A DNA stretch of 64,000 nt from Alphaproteobacteria bacterium (lineage in GTDB: Bacteria; Pseudomonadota; Alphaproteobacteria; Bin95): positions 2,240,001 to 2,304,000 of the forward strand of contig OZ224045.1 of the NCBI GenBank assembly GCA_963665325.3, given 5' to 3'. Positions within the stretch are counted from its first letter, which is position 1. Each line of letters begins with the position of its first letter. Below, one piece after another: positions 11,482-21,241 of the stretch. The translations under genes were made by a program, and so were the position numbers. The notes under the pieces are model-generated. The model made no database searches and was not told where the DNA came from. It worked only from the letters and a program-made list of their open reading frames with translations.

Positions 11482-12116
11482 GAGGCTTCTCCCAGCGCAG
11501 CCAGCATTTCCGCCGAACGTCGACGGACGCCGACAGGAGCGGCCGCGTCGTCGGCCAGCGCCTTGAATCCCGCGACTGCCGCCGTCCTGTCGCCGAGCGC
11601 GGCGTGCGCTGCCGCTATCGTCTCGGCCGCAGAATAGCGCAGCGCGCCCGAAAGTCCCTCCAGTGCGGCGATCGCGGCTTCCGGCCGTCCTGCGTCCAAC
11701 TCGGTCATCCCCTGGAACAGCCGCGCCAGGTCGCGATAGACCGGGTCCGTGTCTTCGTCGCCTGCAAGCGCCCCATAGCGCGCGAGCGCCGCTTCAGTAC
11801 CGCCCTGGCGGGCCAGCTCCGCGGCTTCGCCGAACCGCGCCAGCAAGCCGGCTCCACCGCCCTCCGCCGCCAGTGCGGCAAATGCCGCCGCGGCGTCGGC
11901 CGGCTTCTCCCCGTCGGCCTGCACCGCAGCTTCTTCCAGCCGCAGGCTCGCCTCGGCCGCGGCTTCCGCCTGCAAATGGTTCCAGAGCTGGAATCCACCG
12001 ACTGCCAGAACGGCCAGCACGGCCGCTCCGATGACGAACGCGCCGTATTTCCGCCAGAGCTCTTTTGCACGCTCGGATCGGACTTCCTCGTCCACCTCGC
12101 GAAATATGTCGGCCAA
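11478..12116 (-). CDS. TPR membrane protein (YfgM-like)
   Basis: TTG start, ADIFREVDEEVR...LWRKYG plus TM helix; yfgM-bamB-der synteny. Confidence 0.85.
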   Translation of the reverse strand: MADIFREVDEEVRSERAKELWRKYGAFVIGAAVLAVLAVGGFQLWNHLQAEAAAEASLRLEEAAVQADGEKPADAAAAFAALAAEGGGAGLLARFGEAAELARQGGTEAALARYGALAGDEDTDPVYRDLARLFQGMTELDAGRPEAAIAALEGLSGALRYSAAETIAAAHAALGDRTAAVAGFKALADDAAAPVGVRRRSAEMLAALGEAS

Positions 12117-12272
12117 ACTGCCTCTCCCGCACTGCCGCCGCGTTATAGCTTTCACCGGCCCCTGTGCGCAAACATCGTCGACGGTCTCGGATTCGGCGTA
12201 TTCCGGCTGGACGGCGCGCAGGCTTTCGGGGCACCATGGGACCATGGGCCAGCCGAGAGGGACAGGGAGGCC

Positions 12273-12608
12273 ATGGGAGAGGTCGTAGCGCTCGAAAACC
12301 AATACCGTCCGGCGAAGCCGGTCTATTTCGACAAGAGAGAGCTTCGCCATTTGATGAATGTCTATAGTCGGCGCGTGTCGGCAGGGGAGTGGCGGGACTA
12401 CGCGATAGACTCCCAGCGCGACCAGGCCGTGTTCTCGATTTTCCGGCACACGTCCGAGGCACCCCTCTACAGGGTGGCCAAGACAGGACGCAAGGGCAGG
12501 TCGCCGGCGGAATATTCGGTGAGCGAGGGCCCGCGCCTCCTGAAGCGGGGACCGAATATCAGCGATGTGCTGACCGTGATCGAACGCCGGCTCGAACTGG
12601 TCACCTGA
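12273..12608 (+). CDS. DUF2794 family protein
   Basis: VYFDKREL..LMNVYSRRVSAGEWRDYAID...AVFSIFR...PLYRV, an alphaproteobacterial signature. Confidence 0.85.
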   Translation: MGEVVALENQYRPAKPVYFDKRELRHLMNVYSRRVSAGEWRDYAIDSQRDQAVFSIFRHTSEAPLYRVAKTGRKGRSPAEYSVSEGPRLLKRGPNISDVLTVIERRLELVT

Positions 12609-12665
12609 CGGGACTCTTGCCCGCCTAACCGGTGGGGGCCGTATTTCCGAGCTGCCGGCTGTCCG

Positions 12666-14285
12666 TTACGCCCCCGCATCCTCCAGCATCATGTGGGCCG
12701 CCTTCTCGGCGATCATCATGGTGGGGGCGTGGGTATTGCCGTTGGTGAGGGTCGGCATGACGGAGGCGTCCGCCACCCGGAGGCCGGCCACGCCGTGCAC
12801 GCACAGGCGCGGATCGACCACCGCCATCGGGTCTGTGCCCATTTTGCAGGTGCCGACCGGATGGTAAATCGCCCATCCAATCTCGCGGGCGAAGTCCAGC
12901 CATTCTTCATCGGTCTGTACGTCGGGCCCGGGAAGCTCCTCGAAGGCGACATGGTCGCGCATCGCCTCCGTCTCCATCAGCGCACGAGCGATCTTCATGC
13001 CTCCGACGAGCGCCCGGCGATCAAATTCCGACGACAGATAGTTCCCCTTGATCGAAGGTTGCTCGTCTGCCCGGGGCGAGCGGACGTGAATGGCACCGGC
13101 GCTTTCCGGTCGCGTCTGGTAGGTGCCGATGGTCATGCCGGGCGTTCGCGCCAGCGCCTTGGTTCGGGGGTCGTCATAGCTCGCCGGGACGACGTGGTAC
13201 TGCACGTCCGGCGCAGCCAGGTCGTCCCGCGTGCGCACGAATCCGGCGACGACTCCGGGCGTGGTCGTCAGCAGGCCGTGCCGCGTTAGCGCATAGCGCA
13301 GCACCTCGCCGGCGAACGCCAGCCCGCGCGACTTCTCGTTCAGCGTGACCGGGCGCGTAATACGCCAGGATTTTCGCACCATGTAGTGGTCCCGGTAGTT
13401 CTCGCCGACACCCGGCAGCGACGCCTGCACCGGGATTCCCTGCGCCTGAAGCACTTCCGGATTGCCGATGCCGGAAAGCTCCAGAAGCTGCGGCGACTGC
13501 ACCGCACCCGCCGACAGCGCGATGCCGCGCCCGGCAGCCGCTCGTTCCAGCCGCCCGCCCCGCCGGTATTCGACGGCGACGGCCCGCCTGTCCTCGACAA
13601 TCACGCGCTCGGCCAAAGCATGGGTGCGCAGTTCGATATTGGGGCGCTTCAGCGCGGGCTTCAGGAAGGCGCGGAAGGCACTGTGGCGGAGCCCGGCCTT
13701 CTGGCAGACCTGGTAGTAGGCGAAGCCGTCCTGCGAGGCGCCGTTATAGTCCGGGTTGTGCGGATAGCCGAGTTCCTCGCCGCCGCGAATGATATCGTCG
13801 GTGAGGTCGAAACGGTCCCGCATATCGGAGACGCTGAGTGCGCCGGACGTGCCGCGAAACGCCGGGTCACCCCCGTCGCGCCGCTCCGATTTCTTAAAGA
13901 AGGGCAGCACCTCCTCCCAGGACCATCCGCGATTGCCCATCTGCGCCCAGTCGTCGTAGTCGCGTGCATTGCCGCGCACATACAGCATCCCGTTGATCGA
14001 CGAGGAGCCGCCCACCACCTTGCCGCGCGGCAGCGGCATGACACGGTTGCGGGTGTATTCCTCGGGATCGATCTCGAAGCGCCAGTTCACGACATCGCTG
14101 TTGAGGGTTTTCGTGTAACCCGCGGGGATATGGATAAACGGGTTGCGGTCGAGCCCGCCGGCCTCCAGCACCAGCACACGGTCGCCAGCCCGCTCGGAGA
14201 GCCGCGCCGCCAGCACGGACCCTGCCGAACCGGTGCCGACGACGATCCAGTCGAAGCTGCCGGCGTCCCGAGGGTCGTCGCTCAT
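12666..14285 (-). CDS. GMC family oxidoreductase
   Basis: [48 protein letters not shown]. Confidence 0.9.
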   Translation of the reverse strand: MSDDPRDAGSFDWIVVGTGSAGSVLAARLSERAGDRVLVLEAGGLDRNPFIHIPAGYTKTLNSDVVNWRFEIDPEEYTRNRVMPLPRGKVVGGSSSINGMLYVRGNARDYDDWAQMGNRGWSWEEVLPFFKKSERRDGGDPAFRGTSGALSVSDMRDRFDLTDDIIRGGEELGYPHNPDYNGASQDGFAYYQVCQKAGLRHSAFRAFLKPALKRPNIELRTHALAERVIVEDRRAVAVEYRRGGRLERAAAGRGIALSAGAVQSPQLLELSGIGNPEVLQAQGIPVQASLPGVGENYRDHYMVRKSWRITRPVTLNEKSRGLAFAGEVLRYALTRHGLLTTTPGVVAGFVRTRDDLAAPDVQYHVVPASYDDPRTKALARTPGMTIGTYQTRPESAGAIHVRSPRADEQPSIKGNYLSSEFDRRALVGGMKIARALMETEAMRDHVAFEELPGPDVQTDEEWLDFAREIGWAIYHPVGTCKMGTDPMAVVDPRLCVHGVAGLRVADASVMPTLTNGNTHAPTMMIAEKAAHMMLEDAGA

Positions 14286-15157
14286 AAGTCCACGGATTCC
14301 TTCACGTGGCGCATGGCCTCGATATGGGCGTCCGCCCCCCGGAGCCCCGCGTCCATCGTGTTCACTGTCAGGTGCGAAGCATCGACGCTCCGCCAGAAGT
14401 CGATATCCGCCTGCCACGACTCCGGTCCGGCAACCTCGCCTCCCTTGGCGTAGCGCAGCCAGGATTCGATGCCGATCTCGGCCGGGTCGCGCCCGGCGGC
14501 GCGGGCATAGCCGCGCAACCGCTCGACGCGCGCCGCCGTCTTGTCCGACGGCGTGACGAGCGGGAACCAGCCGTCGCCGATCCGGCCGATGCGCTCGATC
14601 GTCGCCTCGACATGGCCGCCGATCCAGATCGGGATCGGGCGCTGCACGGGCAGGGGATTGATGCCGGCGTCCCGAAACTGGTGCCAGCGGCCCTCGAAGG
14701 TCACGAGGTCCTCGGTCCAGAGCCGCCGGAGCAGGGCGATCTGCTCTTCCGAACGCCGGCCGCGATTGGTGAAATCCTCGTTCAGCGCCTGGTACTCGAC
14801 CTGGTTCCAGCCGACTCCGATCCCGAGCCGGAGCCGACCGCCGGAGAGGATATCGACTTCCGCGGCCTGCTTGGCGACCAGCGCGGTCTGCCTTTGCGGC
14901 AGGATCAGTATGCCGGTGACGAACTCGATCCGCTCCGTCAGCGCGGCAAGCCAGCCGAACAGCACCATCGGCTCGTGGAACATCGAGTTGTGCGTATAGG
15001 GGCCGGTCAGCTCGTGAGCCGCCGGGTCTGCGCCCAGCACATGGTCGAAGGCGAGCAGATGGGCAAAGCCCAGCTCCTCCGCCGCCTGAGCGAAATCGCG
15101 GCAGGCGCCCGGGTCGGCCCCGATCTCCGTCTGCGGAAATACGACCCCCAATTTCAT
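14282..15157 (-). CDS. LLM class oxidoreductase (resembles the F420-dependent-annotated subfamily)
   Basis: MKLGVVFPQTEIG, AEELGF..FDHVLG, LPQRQTALVAKQAA, GRLRLGIGVGW. Confidence 0.85.
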   Translation of the reverse strand: MKLGVVFPQTEIGADPGACRDFAQAAEELGFAHLLAFDHVLGADPAAHELTGPYTHNSMFHEPMVLFGWLAALTERIEFVTGILILPQRQTALVAKQAAEVDILSGGRLRLGIGVGWNQVEYQALNEDFTNRGRRSEEQIALLRRLWTEDLVTFEGRWHQFRDAGINPLPVQRPIPIWIGGHVEATIERIGRIGDGWFPLVTPSDKTAARVERLRGYARAAGRDPAEIGIESWLRYAKGGEVAGPESWQADIDFWRSVDASHLTVNTMDAGLRGADAHIEAMRHVKESVDL

Positions 15158-15180
15158 GTCCGGTTCTCCTTCTTTCCCGC

Positions 15181-16632
15181 TTAGTAACCGGGCGGGGGCT
15201 GGAAGCCGCCGAAATGGCGTTCGATGAGGCGGGCGGTGTGGATGCAGGCCCTGTCGCCGAGATAGGGGCCGACGATCTGGACGCCGCCGGGCAGGCCGTC
15301 GCGTGCAATGCCCGCGGGGGCCACGGCGCCCGGCAGGTAGCAGACGCCGTTGAAGCCCGCCCAGAACAGCTGGTCCGTCGTCGGCACCTCGCGATTGTTC
15401 ACCCGGACCGTGCGCTGGTAGCGCTCACCTTCATGGTCGTGCGGGAAGGCGGTCGAGGCCGCGACGGGGCAGAGCAGCACGTCCCAGTCCCGGAAGAAGC
15501 GGTGCCAGGCCCAGCGGAAATGCTCGCGCTTCTCACGCAGGGCGAGCCATTCGCGGTGCCTCATGGTGTTGCCGCGCGCCATTCGGGCGTAATAGCTCGG
15601 GTCGTCCGTGCCGAGCCGCTCCACGGCGTCCTCATGCTCGCGCAGCACGGCTTCCGGCTGGCGCCCGCTGGTCGCGGCGCGCAGCAGCAGGGTGTAGTTC
15701 TCGTGCAGCTCGTTCATGTCGATCTCGGGCCGGGCCGTGTCGCTCACAACGGCGCCGGTCGCGCCGATGCGGTCCACCAGTTCCTGCAACAGGTCGCCGT
15801 AAACGGTATCGACCTCGGAGGGTTCGGCCTCCAGCATCACCGCGACGCGCAGCCCCTCGAAGCCCGGCACGCGCGGGCCGGGCAAGTCCAGCCGGTAGCC
15901 CGCCGCCGCCATGTCGTCGGGTCCCGCCATCGCATCCAGCGCCGCTTCCAGGTCGTCCGCCGAGCGCGCCAGCGGCCCGACCACCGAGATGTCGGACTGC
16001 GCCAGCACGCCCGGCAGGGCCTGCCCGCGGGGCGGGCAGATGCCCCAGCTCGGCTTGTGGCCGAACACGCCGCAATAATGCGCCGGATTGCGGATCGAAG
16101 CGCCGATATCGCTGCCCGCCTCGATACCGGTCATGCCGGCCGCCAGCGCCGCGCCCGAACCGCCGGAGGAGCCGCCTGGCGTGCGCCCGAGGTCCCAGGG
16201 ATTGTTGGTGATGCCGTAAATGTCGTTATAGCTCTGCCAGTCGGCCAGCATGAGCGGCACATTGGTCTTGCCGAAGAGATTGACGCCGGCAGCCTTCATT
16301 CGCGCGACCGAAACGCTGTCCGTATCCGCGATATTGTCCCGGAACTCGGGGTCGCCCCAGGTGGTTGGCGAACCCGCCAAGTCGTAGCTTTCCTTGATCG
16401 TCATCGGCACGCCGTGAAGCGGCGGCAGGTCGCCGCCCTGCGCCGTCCGGCTGTCGGCGGCCCGCGCCGTTTCCCGCGCGCCCTCGCGGTCCTCCCAGAT
16501 AATTGCGTTCAGGGCCGGGTTGTGTTCGTCGATGCGAGCGAAGTAGAGGTCGAGCAATTCCTCCGCCCCGATCTCCCGCTTGCGGATCATGGCGGCGAGT
16601 TCGGTTGCGGACTTAAACGCAGTTTCGGTCAT
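15181..16632 (-). CDS. Amidase (amidase signature family)
   Basis: PLHGVPMTIKE, GKTNVP, TPGGSSGGSG, GSDIGASIRNPA. Confidence 0.92.
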   Translation of the reverse strand: MTETAFKSATELAAMIRKREIGAEELLDLYFARIDEHNPALNAIIWEDREGARETARAADSRTAQGGDLPPLHGVPMTIKESYDLAGSPTTWGDPEFRDNIADTDSVSVARMKAAGVNLFGKTNVPLMLADWQSYNDIYGITNNPWDLGRTPGGSSGGSGAALAAGMTGIEAGSDIGASIRNPAHYCGVFGHKPSWGICPPRGQALPGVLAQSDISVVGPLARSADDLEAALDAMAGPDDMAAAGYRLDLPGPRVPGFEGLRVAVMLEAEPSEVDTVYGDLLQELVDRIGATGAVVSDTARPEIDMNELHENYTLLLRAATSGRQPEAVLREHEDAVERLGTDDPSYYARMARGNTMRHREWLALREKREHFRWAWHRFFRDWDVLLCPVAASTAFPHDHEGERYQRTVRVNNREVPTTDQLFWAGFNGVCYLPGAVAPAGIARDGLPGGVQIVGPYLGDRACIHTARLIERHFGGFQPPPGY

Positions 16633-17024
16633 GGTGGCTCTCCCCTTTTCTCCCGGCTCGCTATATTGCACGAAACCCAATGGCCCGGGCAGGTCGCACT
16701 CTTTCGCCTCCTGTTGCTCATCGGATGCCGCAAGCCGGCGCGCATCGGCCTCGATGGACTTGAATGGAAAGGCCGCCGGGTGTTCCCGGCGACGCAAGGC
16801 GCCGGCCCGCGGAGCGCCAACCGGCTGAAGCGCTGAACCGGAGAGCCTCAGGCGAGTGAGTGGACGCCTCGACTCGGGGTGTGCCCGTTCCCGCCGCGAT
16901 TTGACAATACGCAACGCCTTGGGCCTAACTGACGCGGCGATGCGGGGGAATTGACACCCGCCGCTTTGGTGCAGTCGGCGCGCGACTCACGCGCTACGGT
17001 CACCGACACAGTGGGGAAACCAGA

Positions 17025-18056
17025 ATGAAAACCAAATCGACAATCACGGGGGCCGTAGCGTTGGTCGTCGGACTCGGCGTGTCCAGCGTTCCTGCGAGTG
17101 CAGAGCAGTGGAGCATGGCCACGCCGTGGGGCGGCGGACCGCTGCTCGAATACACCGCCAAGGGCATCGCCAAGGAGATCGGGTTCCTTACCAACGGTGA
17201 GATCAAGGTCGAGGTGTTCCCGGGCGGCACGCTCGGGAAGGCGCTCAAAGTGACCGAAACCGTGCGCAAGGGCGTTGCGGAGATCAGCCATAACTGGGCC
17301 GGCTATGACTGGGGCGTCGACCGGACCGGCGTGCTGTTCGGCGGCTTCGCCGGCACCATGGAACACGAGAAGATGGTCCACTGGATGTTCCGTGGCGGCG
17401 GCGCCGACCTGCTGATGGAGTGGCGCCTGGACAAGTTCAACGTCGCCTCAATTCCTTGCGGTTCCGCGCCTCCCGAGGTGTTCATGCACGGCCACAAGCG
17501 TGTGGCGTCGCTGGCCGACTACGAGGGCATGAAGGTGCGCACTTCCGGCGCCTGGGCCGAGATCGCGCAAACGCTCGGCGCGTCCACGGTCATCCTGCCC
17601 GGCGCCGAGGTTTACCCGGCGCTCGAGCGCAAGGTGGTGGACGGCATCGAGTGGGGCACGCCGTGGATGAACGAGTCGGCCGGCTACGAGAAAATCGCCA
17701 AGTACATCATGGTGCCCGGCATCCATCAGCCGACCGCGTTCCACGAGTGCCAGATCAACAAGGACGCCTGGGACAAGCTCTCGGACCGCAACAAGACGTT
17801 GCTCCAGCGAGCGGGTGAGCGCATGACGTTCAACTTCTGGATGGAAATCGGTCACCAGGATGCACCGTCCTTCCTGAACTTCCTGAAGGGCGGCAACGAG
17901 GTCGTCGATCTCGATGCGGACTTCATCGCCAAGGCCAAGATCGCCACGGACGAGTGGGCCGCCAAGCAGGCCAGCGAGAACGAATGGTTCGCGCGCGTCT
18001 GGAAGAGCCAGCAGGACTACGCTGCGACGTGGTCCGAGGCGCACCGCTACCGCTAG
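17025..18056 (+). CDS. dctP: TRAP transporter solute-binding protein
   Basis: Signal peptide; GEIKVEVFPGG, GMKVR, EVYPALERKVVDGIEW. Confidence 0.9.
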   Translation: MKTKSTITGAVALVVGLGVSSVPASAEQWSMATPWGGGPLLEYTAKGIAKEIGFLTNGEIKVEVFPGGTLGKALKVTETVRKGVAEISHNWAGYDWGVDRTGVLFGGFAGTMEHEKMVHWMFRGGGADLLMEWRLDKFNVASIPCGSAPPEVFMHGHKRVASLADYEGMKVRTSGAWAEIAQTLGASTVILPGAEVYPALERKVVDGIEWGTPWMNESAGYEKIAKYIMVPGIHQPTAFHECQINKDAWDKLSDRNKTLLQRAGERMTFNFWMEIGHQDAPSFLNFLKGGNEVVDLDADFIAKAKIATDEWAAKQASENEWFARVWKSQQDYAATWSEAHRYR

Positions 18057-18067
18057 CGGCGGCTGAT

Positions 18068-18091
18068 CGGGCGGGCCGGCAGGCCCGCCCG
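18068..18091 (+). terminator. GC-rich stem-loop between dctP and dctQ (partial terminator or mRNA stabiliser)
   Basis: CGGGCGGGCC-GGCA-GGCCCGCCCG perfect 10-bp stem, no U-tract. Confidence 0.5.
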
Positions 18092-18169
18092 GTTCCCGTC
18101 ACGGCGTTCCCGGCCGCCGCGGTCGGGGACCTGCGCTCGGCTCGCCTCAGCGATGAGGAATGACACGGT

Positions 18170-18706
18170 ATGGTTGCCCTCATCAGGGGAATAGAGCGCC
18201 TCTCCCAGTTCCTGGGCGTCATCGGCGCCTGGGTCATGGCGCCGCTCATCCTGTCCATGGTTTACGAGGTGCTGGCGCGCCACCTGTTCGACGCGCCGAC
18301 CTTCTGGGCCTACGAGGTGGGCTATATGCTCGCAGGCACCTGCTACCTGTGCGGCATGGCGTACTGCATGAAGGAGCGCGGCCACATCCGCGTCGACTTC
18401 ATCTACGACAATATCGGGCCGAAGGGCCGGGCGGTGGTGAACGTCTGCGGCTTCGTGTTCCTGATGTTGCCGGGCGCGATCTGGGTCACCTTCGGACTCT
18501 TCGAGTATGCCTACGAGGCAGTCGAGAGCGGCGAGGTTTCCGGTGAATCCGCCTGGAATCCGGTGATCTGGCCGTTCAGAACGGTCTGGGCCATCGCCTT
18601 CACGGTGCTGTGCCTGCAGGCGTTCGCCGAGCTCGTCAGGTCGGCGCGCGTGCTGCTGGGCCTGGCCGAGGAGGAAGGCTTCGAACCGCATGGAGTCGAG
18701 CTATGA
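18170..18706 (+). CDS. dctQ: TRAP transporter small permease
   Basis: 4 TM helices, YEVLAR..FDAPTFWAYE, HIRVDFIY. Confidence 0.9.
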   Translation: MVALIRGIERLSQFLGVIGAWVMAPLILSMVYEVLARHLFDAPTFWAYEVGYMLAGTCYLCGMAYCMKERGHIRVDFIYDNIGPKGRAVVNVCGFVFLMLPGAIWVTFGLFEYAYEAVESGEVSGESAWNPVIWPFRTVWAIAFTVLCLQAFAELVRSARVLLGLAEEEGFEPHGVEL

Positions 18707-20025
18707 CCCTCGGCATCGGCCTCATGATGTTCCCCGCCTTGATGGCGGCCATCTTCATGGGCTTCCCGGTGGCGTGGTCGCTGATGGGAATCGCCGTCAT
18801 CTTCGGTTACTACCGCTTCGGCGACGCGCTCGTCTATCAGCTCGTGGCGAAGGTCGACGACGTCGCCTCTTACTATGTGCTGGCCGCCGTGCCGCTGTTC
18901 GTCTTCATGGGCGTGATGCTGGAGCGCTCCGGCATCGCCGAGCGCCTGTTCGAGGCCATTCACCTGTGGACCCGCCGGCTGCCGGGCGGCCTGGCGGTCG
19001 GCACCGTATTGCTGTGCGTGGTGTTCGCCGCGGCGAGCGGAGTAGTGGGGGCGACCGAGTCGGTGGTCGGCCTGCTCGCTATCCCGATCATGCTCCGCTA
19101 CGCGTACGACAAGGGCCTCATCTCCGGCACCATCTGCGCGGGCGGCTCGCTCGGCACCATCATTCCGCCTTCGGTGGTGGTGGTCATCCTCGCTCCGGTG
19201 GCCGACGTGTCGGTGGGCGACCTGTTCGTCGGCATGCTGTTCCCGGGACTGCTGCTCGCGCTGTCCTACGTGATCTACATTCTGGTGCGGTGCATGCTGA
19301 AGCCCGAGGACGGGCCGCGCCTGCCGCCGAGCGACGACGATCCGCCCATGGCCCAGCGCATCTACATCACCGCGACGGCCATGATGCCGCCGCTGGTGCT
19401 CATCTTCTCCGTGCTCGGCACGATCATGCTCGGCTGGGCAACGCCGACCGAGGCGGCGGCGATGGGCGCCATCGGCACCGTCATCCTGACCGTCGTGTAC
19501 GGCCGGTTCGATGTCGCCACCTTGCACGCAGCGTTCATGAAGACGCTCCAGATCACGGCCATGATCCTGACCATTCTGCTCGGTGGGACCATGTTCGCCG
19601 GCGTGTTCGTCGCGCTCGGCGGGATCAGCGCCGTGGAAGGGTTGCTGGCAGCGGCAGACCTCTCCGCGACCGCGACCATATTCATCCTGCTGTTCATCGC
19701 TTTCATCGCCGGCTTCGTGCTCGATTTGATCTCCATCGTGCTGATTATCATCCCGGTGGCAGTCGCGGTGCTGCGCAAGATGGGCGTCGACGACGTCTGG
19801 TTCTGCATCATGTTCCTGATCGTCATCCAGACCAGCTACCTGACGCCGCCGATGGCGCCTGCCATCTTCTACCTGCGCGGCATCAGCCCGCCGGAGATCA
19901 AGCTGGCGGACATGTACCGCGGCGTGATCCCGTTCATCCTCCTGGAACTGGTGGTGCTGGCGCTGGTGTACTGGTTCCCGGGACTGGCGCTGTGGCTGCC
20001 GAGCGTGGTGTTCAAGTCGTTTTAG
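18703..20025 (+). CDS. dctM: TRAP transporter large permease
   Basis: ATGA overlap; LAAVPLFVFMG, GGSLGTIIPPS, SYLTPP. Confidence 0.92.
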   Translation: MTLGIGLMMFPALMAAIFMGFPVAWSLMGIAVIFGYYRFGDALVYQLVAKVDDVASYYVLAAVPLFVFMGVMLERSGIAERLFEAIHLWTRRLPGGLAVGTVLLCVVFAAASGVVGATESVVGLLAIPIMLRYAYDKGLISGTICAGGSLGTIIPPSVVVVILAPVADVSVGDLFVGMLFPGLLLALSYVIYILVRCMLKPEDGPRLPPSDDDPPMAQRIYITATAMMPPLVLIFSVLGTIMLGWATPTEAAAMGAIGTVILTVVYGRFDVATLHAAFMKTLQITAMILTILLGGTMFAGVFVALGGISAVEGLLAAADLSATATIFILLFIAFIAGFVLDLISIVLIIIPVAVAVLRKMGVDDVWFCIMFLIVIQTSYLTPPMAPAIFYLRGISPPEIKLADMYRGVIPFILLELVVLALVYWFPGLALWLPSVVFKSF

Positions 20026-20197
20026 GGCCGTTGAAACTCGTCTTGCATTTGTGACGGTGGAGCAGGCGTGGAGTAAGGCTCGGTAGCTCTCGCGGGCTTT
20101 GTCGTATCGCGTTGCGATAGGTCCGACCTCTTCGATTTTCCGGATGGCGCCATCGATAGATATAGCGGTCGATTTACCGGCGGGGCGGCGACGGGCT

Positions 20198-20331
20198 CGA
20201 AATAGAGGTTCAGCAGCTCCTCCGGCCGGACTCGCGCTTGCGGATCATGGCAGCGAGGCCGGTTGCGGATTTGAAGGCGGTCCCGGTCATTTCGGCTCTC
20301 CCCGTTTTCTTCCGGCGCGCTATATTGCACG
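20198..20331 (-). pseudogene. Relic of amidase 5' end plus upstream region (diverged copy of 16539-16672)
   Basis: Aligns by eye with 16539-16672; reads MTGTAFKSATGLAAMIRKRE then frameshifts into PEELLNLYF. Confidence 0.8.
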
Positions 20332-20352
20332 CAGAGCGATGGAGGCACGGTA

Positions 20353-21225
20353 ATGGATTTCACCCCGATTTCGGGCGCATGCGGCGCGGAGGTCTTTGGC
20401 ATCGATCTGGAGCGGGAGCTGACCCCGGAGCGCGTGGAGACGCTGCAGGCCGGGCTCGGCGAATACGGCGTGCTGGTGTTTCGCGGTCAGTCCCTGTCGC
20501 CGGAGGGCCACCTTGCCATGGGCGAGGCGTTCGGCGGCGTCAACATCAACCGCTTCTTCAAGGCGGCGGACGGCTATCCGGGCATCGCCGAGGTGCGCAA
20601 GGAGCCTGATCAGAAGGAGAATATCGGCGGCGCCTGGCATACCGACCACACCTACGACATCGAGCCGGCGCTGGGCTCGATCCTTGTTGCACGCGAATTG
20701 CCGCCCTTCGGCGGCGACACGCAGTTCTCCAGCATGTATGCCGCTTACGACGCCTTGTCGGACGGGCTGAAGGCGATGCTCTCCGGCATGAAGGCCGTGC
20801 ATTCGAGCCGCCATGTCTTCGGGACGCGCGCCGACTATGTGAAGGACGGCAGCGACCTCGCCGGCCGGCTCGGCAACAACGAGGCCGCATTGCAGGATGC
20901 CGTGCATCCGGTCGTCATCCGCCATCCGGTCAGTGGTCGGCCCTCGCTCTATGTCAACCGCGGCTTCACCGTGTGCTTCGACGGCTGGACGGTCGAGGAA
21001 AGCCGCCCGCTGCTGCAGATGCTCTACGGGCACGGGAGCCGGCCGGAATTCACCTGCCGGGTGCGCTTCGAGCCGGGCACGGTGGTCTTCTGGGACAACC
21101 GCGCGACCTGGCATTATGCGCTCAACGACTATGCCGGCCACCGCCGCCTCATGCACCGCGTCACCGTGGAAGGCGCGCCCCTGCCGGCCTGGCGGCCCGA
21201 CGCACAGGAGCGCGCCGCGGCCTGA
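20353..21225 (+). CDS. TauD/TfdA family Fe(II)/2-oxoglutarate dioxygenase
   Basis: WHTDHTY (HxD), GGDTQF, HPVVIRHP, FWDNRATWH, RRLMHR. Confidence 0.92.
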   Translation: MDFTPISGACGAEVFGIDLERELTPERVETLQAGLGEYGVLVFRGQSLSPEGHLAMGEAFGGVNINRFFKAADGYPGIAEVRKEPDQKENIGGAWHTDHTYDIEPALGSILVARELPPFGGDTQFSSMYAAYDALSDGLKAMLSGMKAVHSSRHVFGTRADYVKDGSDLAGRLGNNEAALQDAVHPVVIRHPVSGRPSLYVNRGFTVCFDGWTVEESRPLLQMLYGHGSRPEFTCRVRFEPGTVVFWDNRATWHYALNDYAGHRRLMHRVTVEGAPLPAWRPDAQERAAA

Positions 21226-21241
21226 CCCGCCCGGACCCCGC

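Noticed and set aside
12666-15308. 880-aa GMC ORF; similarly 32592-35216, 42240-44546 and 52943-54955
   Set aside because: N-terminal extensions are Arg/Pro/Gly-rich off-frame read-through of neighbouring genes, typical of high GC.
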